From contig OX597834.1 of the NCBI GenBank assembly GCA_951406725.2, positions 17,732,001 to 17,796,000 on the forward strand: a stretch of DNA of 64,000 nucleotides, given 5' to 3'. Position 1 is the first letter of the stretch. Each line of letters begins with the position of its first letter. Under the pieces are notes generated by a model, which saw only the letters and a list, made by a program, of their open reading frames with translations, was not told the DNA's origin and searched no databases. A program made the translations under genes and the position numbers. Below are positions 52,017-64,000 of the stretch, piece by piece. Origin of the DNA: Octopus vulgaris (taxonomy: Eukaryota).

Positions 52017-52249
52017 AACTGTAAAATATACATAACATGTTTTAGTTCCTAACTTTTACAGTAACCTGTCTACTATAAATACTATGTAGTCATTAATGGA
52101 AACACTAAACTCTAATCCAATGCTGTATGTGATTAACTATTTTTGTATCACAGATTTAGTCAAACATTGCTGATTGGTGCAACTGATCTGAGAACTAACT
52201 GTGTGACTGTTGTCTAGAAGGGACAAATAAAACCAGAAGAAACTATAAA

Positions 52250-52450
52250 ATATTGATTTCAAATTTTGGCACAAGGTCTGCAACTTTGGGGAAGAGGGTA
52301 AATCGATTACATTGACCCCCAATACTTAACTGGTACTTATTTTATTGGCTCTGAAAGGATGAAAAGCAAAGTTGACATTGATGGAATTTGAACCCAGAAT
52401 ATAAGGGCAGACAAAATGCCACAAAGCAATTTGCCCTGCATGCTAATATC
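52250..52450 (-). mobile_element. SINE family A (tail A2)
   Basis: It has the family A core. A further partial copy lies at 3595-3712. Confidence 0.75.
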
Positions 52451-52853
52451 TCTGTCAGCTCACCACCATGAAACTGTAAAATATTAAAAACAAACGATTG
52501 ATGAAAATTACTCAGAGATACCATTTACATGAAAAAGAAAAAAGAAAAAACAATAGTTCCGCTTGTGTTGGCCATTAAACTCATATTTTCTTATCAATCA
52601 CATACTTATTTCTAATTAGCTTCTTCACGCTAATTGTATTAAATATGTTAACCTTACTTAGCTATTGAAACATATTAGGATTAATTTAAACCAAATGATA
52701 AAAGTCTGATAAATCAACAGAGTGGCTTACTGTTTAATTTAACTGACTTACATGTATGTTAAGTATTGGCAAAATCAGTAATGTGTCCTTTACTTATCAA
52801 TTTTGGTGCTCTGGCTAATCTAACATGTGAGAAAGACAGTGAGAGAGAGGGAA

Positions 52854-52886
<33 letters not shown>

Positions 52887-53156
52887 CGGGTATAATCTCT
52901 TGGCTGGATTATTTATTACTTAATGTAATAATTTCAATATTCGTTTGGATGAGTACGTGCAAATTTGTGAGTGTATGTATATATTTGTATATGTACGTGT
53001 CTGTGTGTAAAGATATATAAATGCATATATAGGCTTATGTATACATATGTATATATACATATATGTATGTGATAATATGTGTATGTATGCATGTGTTTGT
53101 GTGTGTGCAGATGCATTTTCTTTTTCCTGCTGGCTCTCTCTCTCTCTCTTACATAT

Positions 53157-53192
<36 letters not shown>

Positions 53193-54096
53193 ATACATGT
53201 ATGTGTATGTGTGTCCCCATGCATTCATGTTTGCATGTGTATGAAAATGTATGTGTGTGTGAAATCTTCATTTGGTAGATAAAAGGTTTGTTACAAAAAG
53301 ATGATAAAGAGATATGTGCATGTGTATGTACACACACACACAAATACATACATTATAATCTATTAATTAATTCATATTCCACTACACAATATTTTTGGAT
53401 AATTTGATATGCTAGTTTAAGATATATCCTTTTAATAAACATAACAGTTTTAGCTTTTCTCCATGAGAGAATTAATTCATTAATCCTGTTTACTAAATCA
53501 AACCAACCAGTAAAGCTGAGTCCCAGGTTGTATACACTAGAAATAGCTATATAAACTAGAAATCTTTCCATGGTTTGGAAATGGGTATTCTTTGTCTGAT
53601 GAATGGCTGAGAAAACTAGAAACTAGGCAAAAAAATCTCACTCTTTCTATTCATGGAGAGAATAGAAATACATCCTTGTTCACAGCAGTACTAAAATCTA
53701 ATGTTCATTATTTCAAATTATAATCTATGTACAGTTTATTCTGTATAATATGTGTCTATACACACAAAACATATATTTAAAACTTACAGCCAACAGTTTT
53801 TCTGGATATACATTTTTCCTGAAAAAAGAAGCAGACATGGATTGCATCCTTTCTTTTCCCAGTCTTTTATGGGAAATTGTTACAGACTACAATTATATTG
53901 TAAGTTTATACTATTATTACAATGTATTCCATTGGTGTAGACTTTGGTTTGCTGTATCTTGTGTTATTTTTGTGTTTGATCTGATGTGTAGAGTATGCAC
54001 AATGCAAGTTATTATTATGATATGTTGGACCTTAGTTTCATATATGTTGTAGGCTTGGTGTTTAGTGTTTTAATGTTGGGCAAGGATTGTGTAGAG

Positions 54097-54297
54097 CAGT
54101 GCTTTTCAAACTTTTTGCTGGAGCTGAACCCCAAGGAAACATTCCACTGGCTCAAGGAACCCCTGTGCAATAATTTAATAGTCTTATGCACACATATCTG
54201 CACAGGAGAATTAAAAATTACTGCTGATTTTAGCAGTTTTGTAACTTCTTGCGGAACCCCTGGACTGTACTGGCGGAACCCTGGTTGAAAACCACTG
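54097..54297. mobile_element. hAT-type MITE
   Basis: TIRs are cagtgcttttcaaac / gttgaaaaccactg. A perfect 8-bp TSD gtgtagag lies at 54089-96 and 54298-305. Confidence 0.88.
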
Positions 54298-54719
54298 GTG
54301 TAGAGTATATTGTTTGGGTTGTGTTATGTTAATGGGACGCAACTGTAAAGAATGTGAGTTGTTAGTGCTACATAAAGTGAGCATATGCTTTGAAGTATTT
54401 CATTGAATGTTAATTGTGGAGAATATGCTTTGTGGTGACTTCATTGAGTATGTGCTGCATCATCATTGTTTTAGCATCCACTTTTCCATACTCGCATGGT
54501 TTAGATGGAGTTTATTGAAATAAATTTTCTATGGCCAGATGCTCTTCCTGTCACCAACTCTTGTTTGTTTTCAATGTTATTTTATTAGGTGATTATTGTA
54601 TGTGTGTGTGTTGGGGGTGGGGGTGTGAGAGAGAGAGAGAGAGAGAGAAAGGGAGAGTACTGTTTTTCGTTGAGCTATTGAATGATAAGTGTTTTGTGAT
54701 AGGATGTGAACTGTGCCTA

Positions 54720-55330
54720 TTGCGAGCCTCAGTATGATGTAGATATTTTTGTTCATGTTTTTCATTCAGCGCTCTATTATTGGTACTGATTTCAGCTTCA
54801 CACCCTCACAAACGGTTCAGCTCAAAGATCCTTTTACTTTGGTATTTTCTCCATCTCCTTCTGGTAAATGTTTTTGTGAGAAAGGATCAAGATGTCTATC
54901 AGAATACAGACATTTTCATTCCACTCCTTAATATTTCCAGACATTTTCCTTCTATCTTTTTGTCAGTGCAAGATAAGCAGTTCTAGATGATTATAGCTGA
55001 GGCCCCATGTACTGTGCTGGGTGCATGTTTATACCTCTTCTTATCCATTTCCACATCAAAGGCATAGCTGCTGATTTCATTCCATCTGTGAATATACTCA
55101 AGTTTGGCAAGGACTGAGCAGCTAAGATGATACGGTCATTGTACTGGTTGCATAGTCTGCAATTGATATTAGTATGTTTTTGCATTATTTTATTTTTGCA
55201 GTTATTCATGGCTAGGTCTTATGCAGCTAAAATCAGAACTTCTGTTTCTGCTTTTAAATGGGAACTTTTGTGCAACTGTTTGTTTCCACTCTGGCTTACT
55301 TCCTCATTGTCAAAACTTGTGTGGTTTTGG
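54720..55330 (-). mobile_element. Degenerate RLE-type (R4/Dong-like) non-LTR retrotransposon remnant
   Basis: It translates SAETEVLILAA*DLAMNN...NINCRLCNQY, resembling the ETE.LI.AAQD...CRLC zinc-knuckle region. Confidence 0.55.
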
Positions 55331-56165
55331 GCCACAAAGTCATTTTGCTCTCCATTTTTTTCTTCAGTATATTATTGTTGTTGTTATTATTACTTATCAA
55401 ACTATGTAAAATCTTGAAGGCTTATATTTCTTTTTCTCCTTTTTTATACTGTTTTATTATTTAGTTTTTCATATTGTATATTCTCATCCCAGTTATTGCA
55501 TATTTATGTGTAGGCATGTTTGGGCCTGGTGCAGCCTTCTGGCTTCCCAGACCCCAGTTGAACCGTCCAACCCATGCCAGCATGGAAAGCGGACGCTAAA
55601 CGATGATGATGATGATTTTGAAAAATGTATGTTCCAGATGTATAAGCATACTAGCTTCATACATATTGAGAAGATAGTGATTTAACAGCAGCTATAATCT
55701 CTTGGATGAAATATTACTTAATAAAAAAGCATATTTGACCCAATATTTTCAAATAATACAATTTTCTCTATGCTCCTGTTTTTTCTATACTAAAATAAAA
55801 TTTTTATATTAGTTTCTGTTTAGAATTTAGTATTGAATTGGGCAAGTATAGTTGTTTCTTAAAGTGATTTTGTGCTTATTTTTCTATTTTGCCCTGATCT
55901 TTTTGATTTTATTATTGATATTGAAGGCTTAACCCTTCACCTGGTTTAACATAACCACTGGCCCTCAGATGCCTTTAGCAGAGTCGGTTCTGTTGAAACC
56001 ATTCAAGACAGATCTCTGGTCTCACTGTAATTTCTCCCTTCCTCCTACCAATCTTGAAGGTTCTAAAAGAGTCATGAACGCTATCCTTTCTCCTCCATTT
56101 AAGCAATTAAAAAATTAATGTATGTGAGATTTCACAGCTTTAGTGTCACTCTTTCATAGTCAGCC

Positions 56166-56335
56166 CACTAGTGTAGCTAGAAGGGGACAGAGGGGGTGGT
56201 CCACCCCATATAGCACTTTTATGGGAGTGCCACCACTTTTGGGCCTGCTGTAGGCAATATGTATTTTCTGTAAGGGCCTGGAGGCTGCAAAATGAAGGGC
56301 TGCTCCACATGGCACACACTCTAGCTACGCCAGTG
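56166..56335. mobile_element. MITE with 8-bp TSD (hAT-like)
   Basis: TIRs are cactagtgtagctaga / tctagctacgccagtg. A perfect TSD agtcagcc lies at 56158-65 and 56336-43. Confidence 0.85.
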
Positions 56336-56617
56336 AGTCAGCCTATGAACTTTTCAGCCCATCCTCATAGAGTGCACTCTCTGATAACACCAATATTTAA
56401 TAAATGCCATAATCACATTACTTCTTAATCAAATCATAATTAATAAAAGCTAAGTATTATTAATTGTACTAAATCAGTACTTTTAAGTAAATTCATAATC
56501 AATATGCACTTAGTGTATATTAATAGTTTTAATTTTGTTCTAATTTCTGTCTTAATACTGCTATCAAATACCGTGATGGACTAAGTCACCCTAACACCTA
56601 TTCCCACTACCATCATC

Positions 56618-56659
<42 letters not shown>

Positions 56660-58404
56660 GACATTCTTATTAACATTGTCTTCATGATGTTGATGATTAT
56701 TATGATCACTTATCATTGTCTATAATATTATGTTGTAATAAATAATAATACTTTCAGATATAGAAAAATAACAACTTTTATTATTTGTAATATTATGGTG
56801 GTCACATATAAATTACCATGTGTTTAACAGTCTTTGTGTTATTAGCATATAACCAATTCTTAGCCCAATAAGAAGAGGTACAGTCACATACATAGCCCTT
56901 AGAAGTTTTTATCATCGGGTCTTATCAGGTTTACCTTTTTTATTATATATTACATATTGTCACTACTTCAACAGTTTAAAAATTTAGAGAGACGTGTTAA
57001 ATTGTATATGTTAAGTTGGATATGTTTGTTATTGAGTCATTGATATTGTTGAAATGATTCATATGTGATAAATGCTAGTTGGTTTGAATTCTCTAAAAAG
57101 GGTATTTCTAATTTCTACTTGAGCTGTTGCATTCCATCATCAGCCTTTAAAGAGTCTGGTTTTACTTCCCAGTTTTAGGAAACAGCTGTGGGCTTGTCTT
57201 CAGTGAAATTAGATTTCCCAAGAAATTAATAGATTTTAGATGATAGAACCAAAGGAATGTGGTCACAAGTCTTATAGACAAAGTCCAGTACAATACTTCT
57301 TTATACATTTGACAAATAACAATTTTAGCTAGATGCGAGGCATGAAAGTGGATCTTCTAGTCGCCATTGAAAAAGCATGTTTTTTTTAAAAGTCTATAGG
57401 GTATACTGTAACAGATTGTTCAAATTTACTGCTTAACACCAGAGGGTCCTAACTAGCTTGAGCCTGTCCCAAAGATTTGTTCAGTAAATCTGTTATCTAG
57501 CGTTAAGGCTTTGTTTTCTAATAACATGGATCTGATAGTATTTGAATGTGCATCTTCTATATAAGTTTATTTCACCTTCAACTGTTATTTAAAAAAATCA
57601 TGATTTATGAGATAAATTAAATTGTAGATAAATTTGTCTGTGCTTTTATGTAAACAGATATCTGGCATATATCTCATTGGGTGAATTTCACACAAACTTC
57701 TCCAAGCCATTTAAAACATTATCAAAAGTTGTGCAATGTATAATGTCTATTATCCCAATGGCTCACTATGTAAGAACAAAAGTCTTGGTTAGGATTTATA
57801 GTTGTTAGGAAATACTTGATTTGTTTCATCCATAACTTTAACATCTTTAACATCATTAAGGAGTTTGTTGGATGTCAGTTTTATCCAGTCTGGTTATCGT
57901 GTTCATTTGAATCAGTAAATTGATGAGTTTTAAATTGATAAAACTGCTATGGTAAAGAAAGTTCCAGATATTACCTTTTAATCAATTAAAAAGAAACATA
58001 TATCATTTGCTACCAGAGCTGTTTTATTGAAAAGCAGATCACATAATATTCACTAAATATTGGCTATGTAAAAAATGCAATGAGGTCTGAAGCTTTAAAA
58101 ATAGTGTATCTATTAACAACAAGGCTGTTTATAATTTCAAAGGTTGTATAGACTGTTGGGGTACAAGTAAGAGACATAATTGAACATGTAATGTTATCAT
58201 AAATTCCTTTTTACATTTTATTTTCATTCAATATTTAGTAGAATGTTTGGTTTATTGTGAATGGAATTAAAACTTGCAAATATGACCAAAAATGTGGTAT
58301 TTGAAATGTGAACACTAAGTCATTGAATTCCATACCATTGATGCAATACAATTCTTTATTATTTGCTACTACTCAAACTTTCTAATACTTTAAGGCTACA
58401 TGAG

Positions 58405-58800
58405 AAAACTCCCAACCACATGGTTCAAGGTTCAGTCCCACTGCATGACACCTTAGCACCTTAGACAAGTGTCTTCTACTATAGCCTCAGGCTGACCAAA
58501 GCCTTGTGAGTGGATTTATTAGATAGAAACTGAAAGAAGCCTGTTGTATATGTATATATCTATGCATGTGTCTTTCTGTCTGTGTTTGTTCCCCCCACCA
58601 CCACCACCACTGCTTGACAGCTGGTGTTGGTGTGTTTGTGTCCCCATAACTTAGCAGTTTGACAAAAGAGACTGATAGAATAAGTACTAGGCTTTAAAAA
58701 ATTAATTAACAAGTCTTGGGGTTGATTTGTTCATCTAAAACCCTTCAAGGCAGTGCTCCAGCATGGCTGTAGTCAAATGACTGAAACAAGTAAAAAAATA
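58405..58800 (+). mobile_element. SINE family B
   Basis: Family B head, microsatellite and tail are present. Confidence 0.85.
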
Positions 58801-59861
58801 AAGACAATCTATTTTAAAAGAATTTATTACATAAGAGTGCTGAAGATGATCAAAACTAAATACTTTAAACACTGTATAATTTCATGCTTTTTCTCATTTT
58901 AAGAACTAATTGTTGAGAGATTAACTTTGTCTTCCTCTTCTCATTGTCATCAAACTTGGTATTGGTGATATACTGGGGATGATTCAATTAATTATTCTTT
59001 CTCTCTATAAACAATCTTCTTTGCTGCCAATGTTTACAGAGATTTAAGTTTTAGATAAAATATTATCACTACACATCAAAATAGATTACATTTACATAAA
59101 TATTTTTAAACGCATTACTACAATGGTGAAAAAATAAACATTGACATTTTCTTCATGTGAATGGAATCTTATGACCAAATAATTTCTTCAGAGAAAATCA
59201 ATGGAAAAAATTTATTAGAATGACAATGACATATGTTGACTTGGTGGACATAGCCTGTGAGTAACTGACTGAAGAGACATAACCTGTGATCAATTTACTG
59301 GATAAAATATCTGAGGGATGACAACCTCACTCCATTGACCACACTTATGTTATTAACATTGATGATTTGTTTCATTTTACTCTTATATTTATCTACCATC
59401 TTGTATTTAAATACCATCTATTTTAACTTTTTGGTTATGGTTGAATTTACATTTACTTGTGAATTGGTGTGAATAGATTTGGTGTTGGGTCACTGACATA
59501 TTTCAAGGGTTCAAGTTGACAGTCTAGGCTAGCTTCTTTTTGTGTGTGTGTGTGTGTGTGTAGCAAGACACTTTGTATTACATGATCTTGCATTCCTAGC
59601 TGTTGGGAATAGATGTCAAAAGCCTATAATAAAGTGATCTGCCATCTAAGAGGAAATATTTGTTTTTCATCAAGAGAAACCAAAACAGAATTCTGATACA
59701 ATGACGTTTTGAGGTTCAAGAAAGAATTAACTTGTTTTAAGCTTGAATTTACATGAAACTGGATTATTTTTTCTCATTATGAATGAAAATATGTATAATT
59801 TGCAGCAAATTTGAAAATGCCTAAATACTTTCACATTTTTCTTTATTTGAAATCTTTTTGT

Positions 59862-60110
59862 TATCATCATTATCATCATCATCATCGTTTAGCGTCCGCT
59901 TTCCATGCTAGCATGGGTTGGACGGTTCAACTGGGGTCTGGGAAGCCAGAAGGCTGCACCAGGCCCAGTCTGATCTGGCAATGTTTCTACGGCTGGATGC
60001 CCTTCCTAACGCCAACCACTCCGTGAGTGTAGTGGGTGCTTTTTACGTGCCAGATGAGGCTGGCAAACGGCCATGATCGCATGGTGCCTTTTTACGTGCC
60101 ACCGACACGG
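59862..60110 (-). mobile_element. Family C repeat ending ~60 nt upstream of the S1-S2 exon acceptor
   Basis: Same motifs as 2936-3160. Other copies lie at 27190-27480, 50395-50570, 55517-55615 (+) and 14260-14310 (+). Confidence 0.8.
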
Positions 60111-60169
60111 GCGTGATTTTAATATATGCATTATCTCAATCAAGTTGTTTCGTTTTTTTCTCATTTTAG

Positions 60170-60407
60170 CTGCAAGAGGCTGTATCTGGTCAACAGACTG
60201 TGCCAGAGTACAAAGTGGAAGTCCAAAAGAAAGGCAGGGGAATAATTCTTCATTATGGCTTTGTGAAAGTCCTCTGGGATTGGCTAATTATGCTATGTAC
60301 CTTTTACATTGCTATTATGGTGCCTTTCAATGCTGCATTTATTGTTGGAGAATTTGTCAGGACGACAATTTATGCTGATGTTGCAGTGGAGATCATTTTT
60401 GGAATTG
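60170..60407 (+). CDS. KCNH8: Elk/KCNH8-like K+ channel exon (S1-S2; probably exon 5)
   Basis: Boundaries are tcattttag| and |gtaagt. It is 238 nt, phase 0/1. It translates LQEAVSGQQTVPEYKVEVQKKGRGIILHYGFVKVLWDWLIMLCTFYIAIMVPFNAAF...YADVAVEIIFGI, containing the PEYK, ILHY and WDWLI motifs. Confidence 0.95.
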
Positions 60408-61620
60408 GTAAGTAAACATGCATACTGAAGAAAAACAAAATTATAACATAGTATTGATTCAAAATAAAATCCTGTGTCACTTTCATTCATTGTCAGCAGT
60501 AAACATAAAGATTCCACATCATCATTGTCACTTTTATTTATATTTTACATTTATTTGTTTTTATGTTTGCATTTTTTTTTATAAATGCATGGCTTTTCAA
60601 CAGAAGATCTGTGGTAAACTGAGGAAGCCGACATCAGTGCTTCTGCAAATACTAACTCATTTCATGATTTCATACATCATCATCGTCATTTAATGTCCAT
60701 GTTCCATGTTCAGCTGGATACCCTTCCCAATGCCATCCACTTCACAGTGTGTAATGAGGTGCTCTTTTTCATGCTGCAGGCATTAGTGGGGTTGCCATGC
60801 ATCTAGCAAGACTACAAAACCCATGATGAGAGGCATTTATGTGAGGAGAAGATGAGGGGCTAAAGTATCAGTAGGTGCTGCAAGTCCAGGTGGCTTCTCA
60901 TTTATAACAATAAAGTACCAGACATGTCATTCTTCAACAATGAAAATCAACTATACAGACATTATCCTATTCCTTTTTCACTGTACAAAAGCACAGCAAA
61001 AGGAAATAAATGTGAAATGCACAAATGGCTTGGTAGATAATAGCAATTGAAATCTTTGTACAAAATCTAAGTTTGATCTTGGTCTGAAAACATTGACAAA
61101 GCAAAATGTAATGTTTTACAAAATGAATGAGATGAGGTTTATGGTACGACATCTGATGAAATATTTGTCTACGGGTGCTGCATCAAACAGAGCACTGCTT
61201 CCTTCTCTCAATGGGAAACTTAATCCACTGGTCCATTTGGCACTTGAGTGCCATTGAGCAAAGTTTGTTCTGTACAAAGCAACTGAAAAGTAAAGTCCAT
61301 TCTGCTCAAAGCAACTGAAAATCTGGCAATATGTCTGAAATCAAAACTTCAGGAAAGTATATTCACATTAAAGACAATCTGGTTATGAGGTTGTCTCATT
61401 GAGGCAAGGAAAATCTGTTTAACCCTATCACCTGAGCCTTGGATACATTTGGTGGTGCATGAATACAGGTTGTTGTGAATCATTTGGGCCAGTCTTATAA
61501 TCCCTGAATAAGGTCATGGGTACTGCCATTCCTCTTCTCAGTAATCTACTTAAAAAAAAACCCACTCTAATTGGATGATGAAATTTCACCTGTACATGCT
61601 AAATATTACATGCATTTATG

Positions 61621-61670
<50 letters not shown>

Positions 61671-61914
61671 TCACCATCATCATCGTTTAATGTCCAAGGA
61701 TTATTATAAAGTAGCATTAGTATTACCTTTAATTCCTTTTTATCAACTTCAAATAGACCTACACGTGTTTCTACTGCATTGATTAGTAACCGTTGCAATT
61801 GCAACCTTACTATAATACCGGTGCAGTTTCCTCAGGGTATCACATTAATATCCTTTGATTTAACTGTTTAAAGATTTTTGTTGATTTTTCTCTCCATTCT
61901 ATAATGTGGAGTTG

Positions 61915-61962
<48 letters not shown>

Positions 61963-62227
61963 TTAGTATGACTAATGGACACGTGAATTTAATCATTTGA
62001 TTAACTACTTTGGCCATCCGATCCACTCTTTGAGGTATATTTCAAGCAGAGGTGATACAATTTACTATACTGGATTGTTAAATATTAAAAACACCACTTC
62101 GTGTTTTCTCAGTTTTTCTGTTTTTCTCCCACTCAGTCTTCTACTTCTTTGTCTTCTGCCACTCTCCCTCAATATTTCATCATGCTGAGTATTGTCTTTC
62201 ACTTTCTCCTCCTTTCATTTTTTTCAG

Positions 62228-62385
62228 ATATCATTTTGAATTTCCGAACAACGTATGTCAGTAATACTGGTCAAGTGATTTATGATGGAAAACTTATTGC
62301 TTTGAACTATATAAAACAATGGTTTCTCATGGATCTTCTGGCTGCTATTCCTTTTGATTTACTTTATGCTTTTCAAGTAGAAACG
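62228..62385 (+). CDS. KCNH8: Elk/KCNH8-like K+ channel exon (S2-S3; probably exon 6)
   Basis: Boundaries are ttttcag| and |gtgagc. It is 158 nt, phase 1/0. It translates [53 protein letters not shown]. The GQV and PFDLLYAF motifs point to the Elk subfamily. Confidence 0.95.
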
Positions 62386-62914
62386 GTGAGCGATATTCTA
62401 TCATATATCAGAAGTGTTTGAGTGAGGGTGGAAGAAGTTTCTCTTGCTCATATGTATTTTGAATGTGTGTTTGTGGCGGGGTATTTGCACCTAGAACACT
62501 GAAATTTTGCATAAGGATACATGTTATCAAGTAGTAAGTCATAAACTATTGTCCTTTTCTGATACTTTCCATAAACCTAAACCAAGGCCAAGCAATGCTG
62601 TTAGTGGTTCTGCTTTGAAGTTAACTTACAGGAACTTTGGCAAATGACAGCAAATTGAAGTAAATTCAAATTATTTATTCAAGATTTCATTGGGGTGACA
62701 GATGATGTGGAACTGCAGGCATTCTTAAGCCACACCAACAATGAGGGGCAGACATACTGAGAATTACCACAGAACGGAGGTCTTTTCTTACTAAAAGCCA
62801 AATGCCTTGAAAGAAATTTGTATATTACACTGATTTGTTGTCTAACAAGACCTCAACTTTCTATATAGGGCTGACAGAGAATACATTGAAAACAATGCCT
62901 ATTTTGCTCTCAGA

Positions 62915-63120
62915 TTACTGACAGTGTCCCTGTACATGGCTTGCACAGCTCTCGCTAACCATTCATCTGTCCCTAGTTTCCTCATTTATCACCAGATATG
63001 GGATCGGGGATCACTGTCAAAGGGTTTCTCCCTGTCAAAGGGTTTCTCCCTGTCAAAGGGTTTCTTCCTATCGAAGGCTTTCTCCATGTCGAAGGCTTTC
63101 TCCATGTCAACGAAAGCCAA
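62915..63120 (-). mobile_element. RTE LINE reverse transcriptase fragment with an internal 18-bp tandem expansion
   Basis: It translates LAFVDMEKAFDMEKAFDRKKPFDREKPFDREKPFDSDPRSHIW**MRKLGTDEWLARAVQAMYRDTVS. Confidence 0.8.
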
Positions 63121-64000
63121 ATTTCTTTATAAATACATACATATGTCCTTCCTTCAGCAATGATTTAACTGTTATTACTAGAGCAGTATTATAATGTTAC
63201 TAATACCATGCTTACAGTTTTGTAGCCAAATGTTATATAAATATGTAAAATATGATACTTTGGAGAAAAATCAATCAAGATGTGCTGTTTATGGTAATTT
63301 TTGAGAAAAAACAAATCAGCAAGTCAGACTCTATGGGTTGCTTGACTTGCTATAAATAACTGCTAAATATCCTTCAAAGTACTTTCTACCATCTTCAAAA
63401 ATAGGATGGACACAGTGAACAATGTAGACCTAGATATATTAGAATATGGGATGATCCTGTCTGGAATGCCTTTGATCTTAGGTTTACTTGTCCACTTGTG
63501 AATAGGGGCTAATCAACAAGAAGTCAATGTATGTCTTTTTGATTGATATAAGCGATATAAATTAAATTTAATTAGCTAGAACTGGTAAATGAAACTGGAT
63601 CACAAACCTGGTTTTCTTTTCTGTAGTCCTTTCTAGACTTGGATAGGCCTGTATATTGTATAGACTTTATCCCACCAAACACATTTTTGAAAAGAAGTCT
63701 GTTTTGTTGTAGCTGATGGTACTTAATTTGTTGAATACTTGTATTTCACTACCAGTTGATAAATAGTCCAAAACATGGAACTTAAAATTTGAGATAACTA
63801 GCTTATGAATGGTTTGCTTTTTATTAGCTATTAACATATTTTTACTGATTGTCAACAAATGTTTTCATAAATTAGAAACCATTTCACTGAATCATTTTCA
63901 AATTACTTTATTGAATCATTTTATTAAATCACTGCAAGAGTTGAATGATTGTTGATGGTATCAGTAAGACTTTTGTTTTTATTTAGTTTTTAACAACTTT

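Noticed and set aside
53590-53632. ctgatga...gaaactaggc, which resembles a minimal PLE-type hammerhead
   Set aside because: There is no UH cleavage triplet (GGC), and stems I and II pair poorly. At best it is a decayed remnant.
57050-58300. Possible decayed retroelement RT on the - strand
   Set aside because: The motif echoes are too weak to assign a family without a profile search.
63014-63109. Short regular repeats suggesting a CRISPR array
   Set aside because: There are no spacers, the context is eukaryotic, and the repeats derive from an RT coding motif.

Overview
This is AT-rich animal genomic DNA, dense in SINEs and microsatellites. The repeat landscape resembles an octopus (coleoid cephalopod) genome, which is an inference. 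The only host gene is a + strand Elk/KCNH8-type (Kv12, EAG superfamily) potassium channel. Five internal coding exons are visible, running from the PAS domain through S1-S3: 15971-16198, 19929-20054, 33085-33221, 60170-60407 and 62228-62385. All have canonical AG/GT boundaries and consistent phases. Exon 1 and the S4-pore-CNBHD exons are not in the window. The introns hold several tRNA-derived SINE families, remnants of CR1-, RTE-, Tx1/L1-, RLE-type and Penelope retroelements, Tc1/mariner, pogo, hAT and piggyBac elements with intact TIRs/TSDs, and several long hairpins beside (TA)n tracts. The most interesting item is at 47430-47972 (- strand). It is a highly structured ~365-nt unit present in 1.5 tandem copies and carries a type I hammerhead ribozyme fold with a variant core. 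The element's 5' end lies within 1 nt of the predicted self-cleavage position, making it a candidate non-LTR retrozyme. Almost all ORFs in the supplied track are spurious microsatellite or SINE translations.
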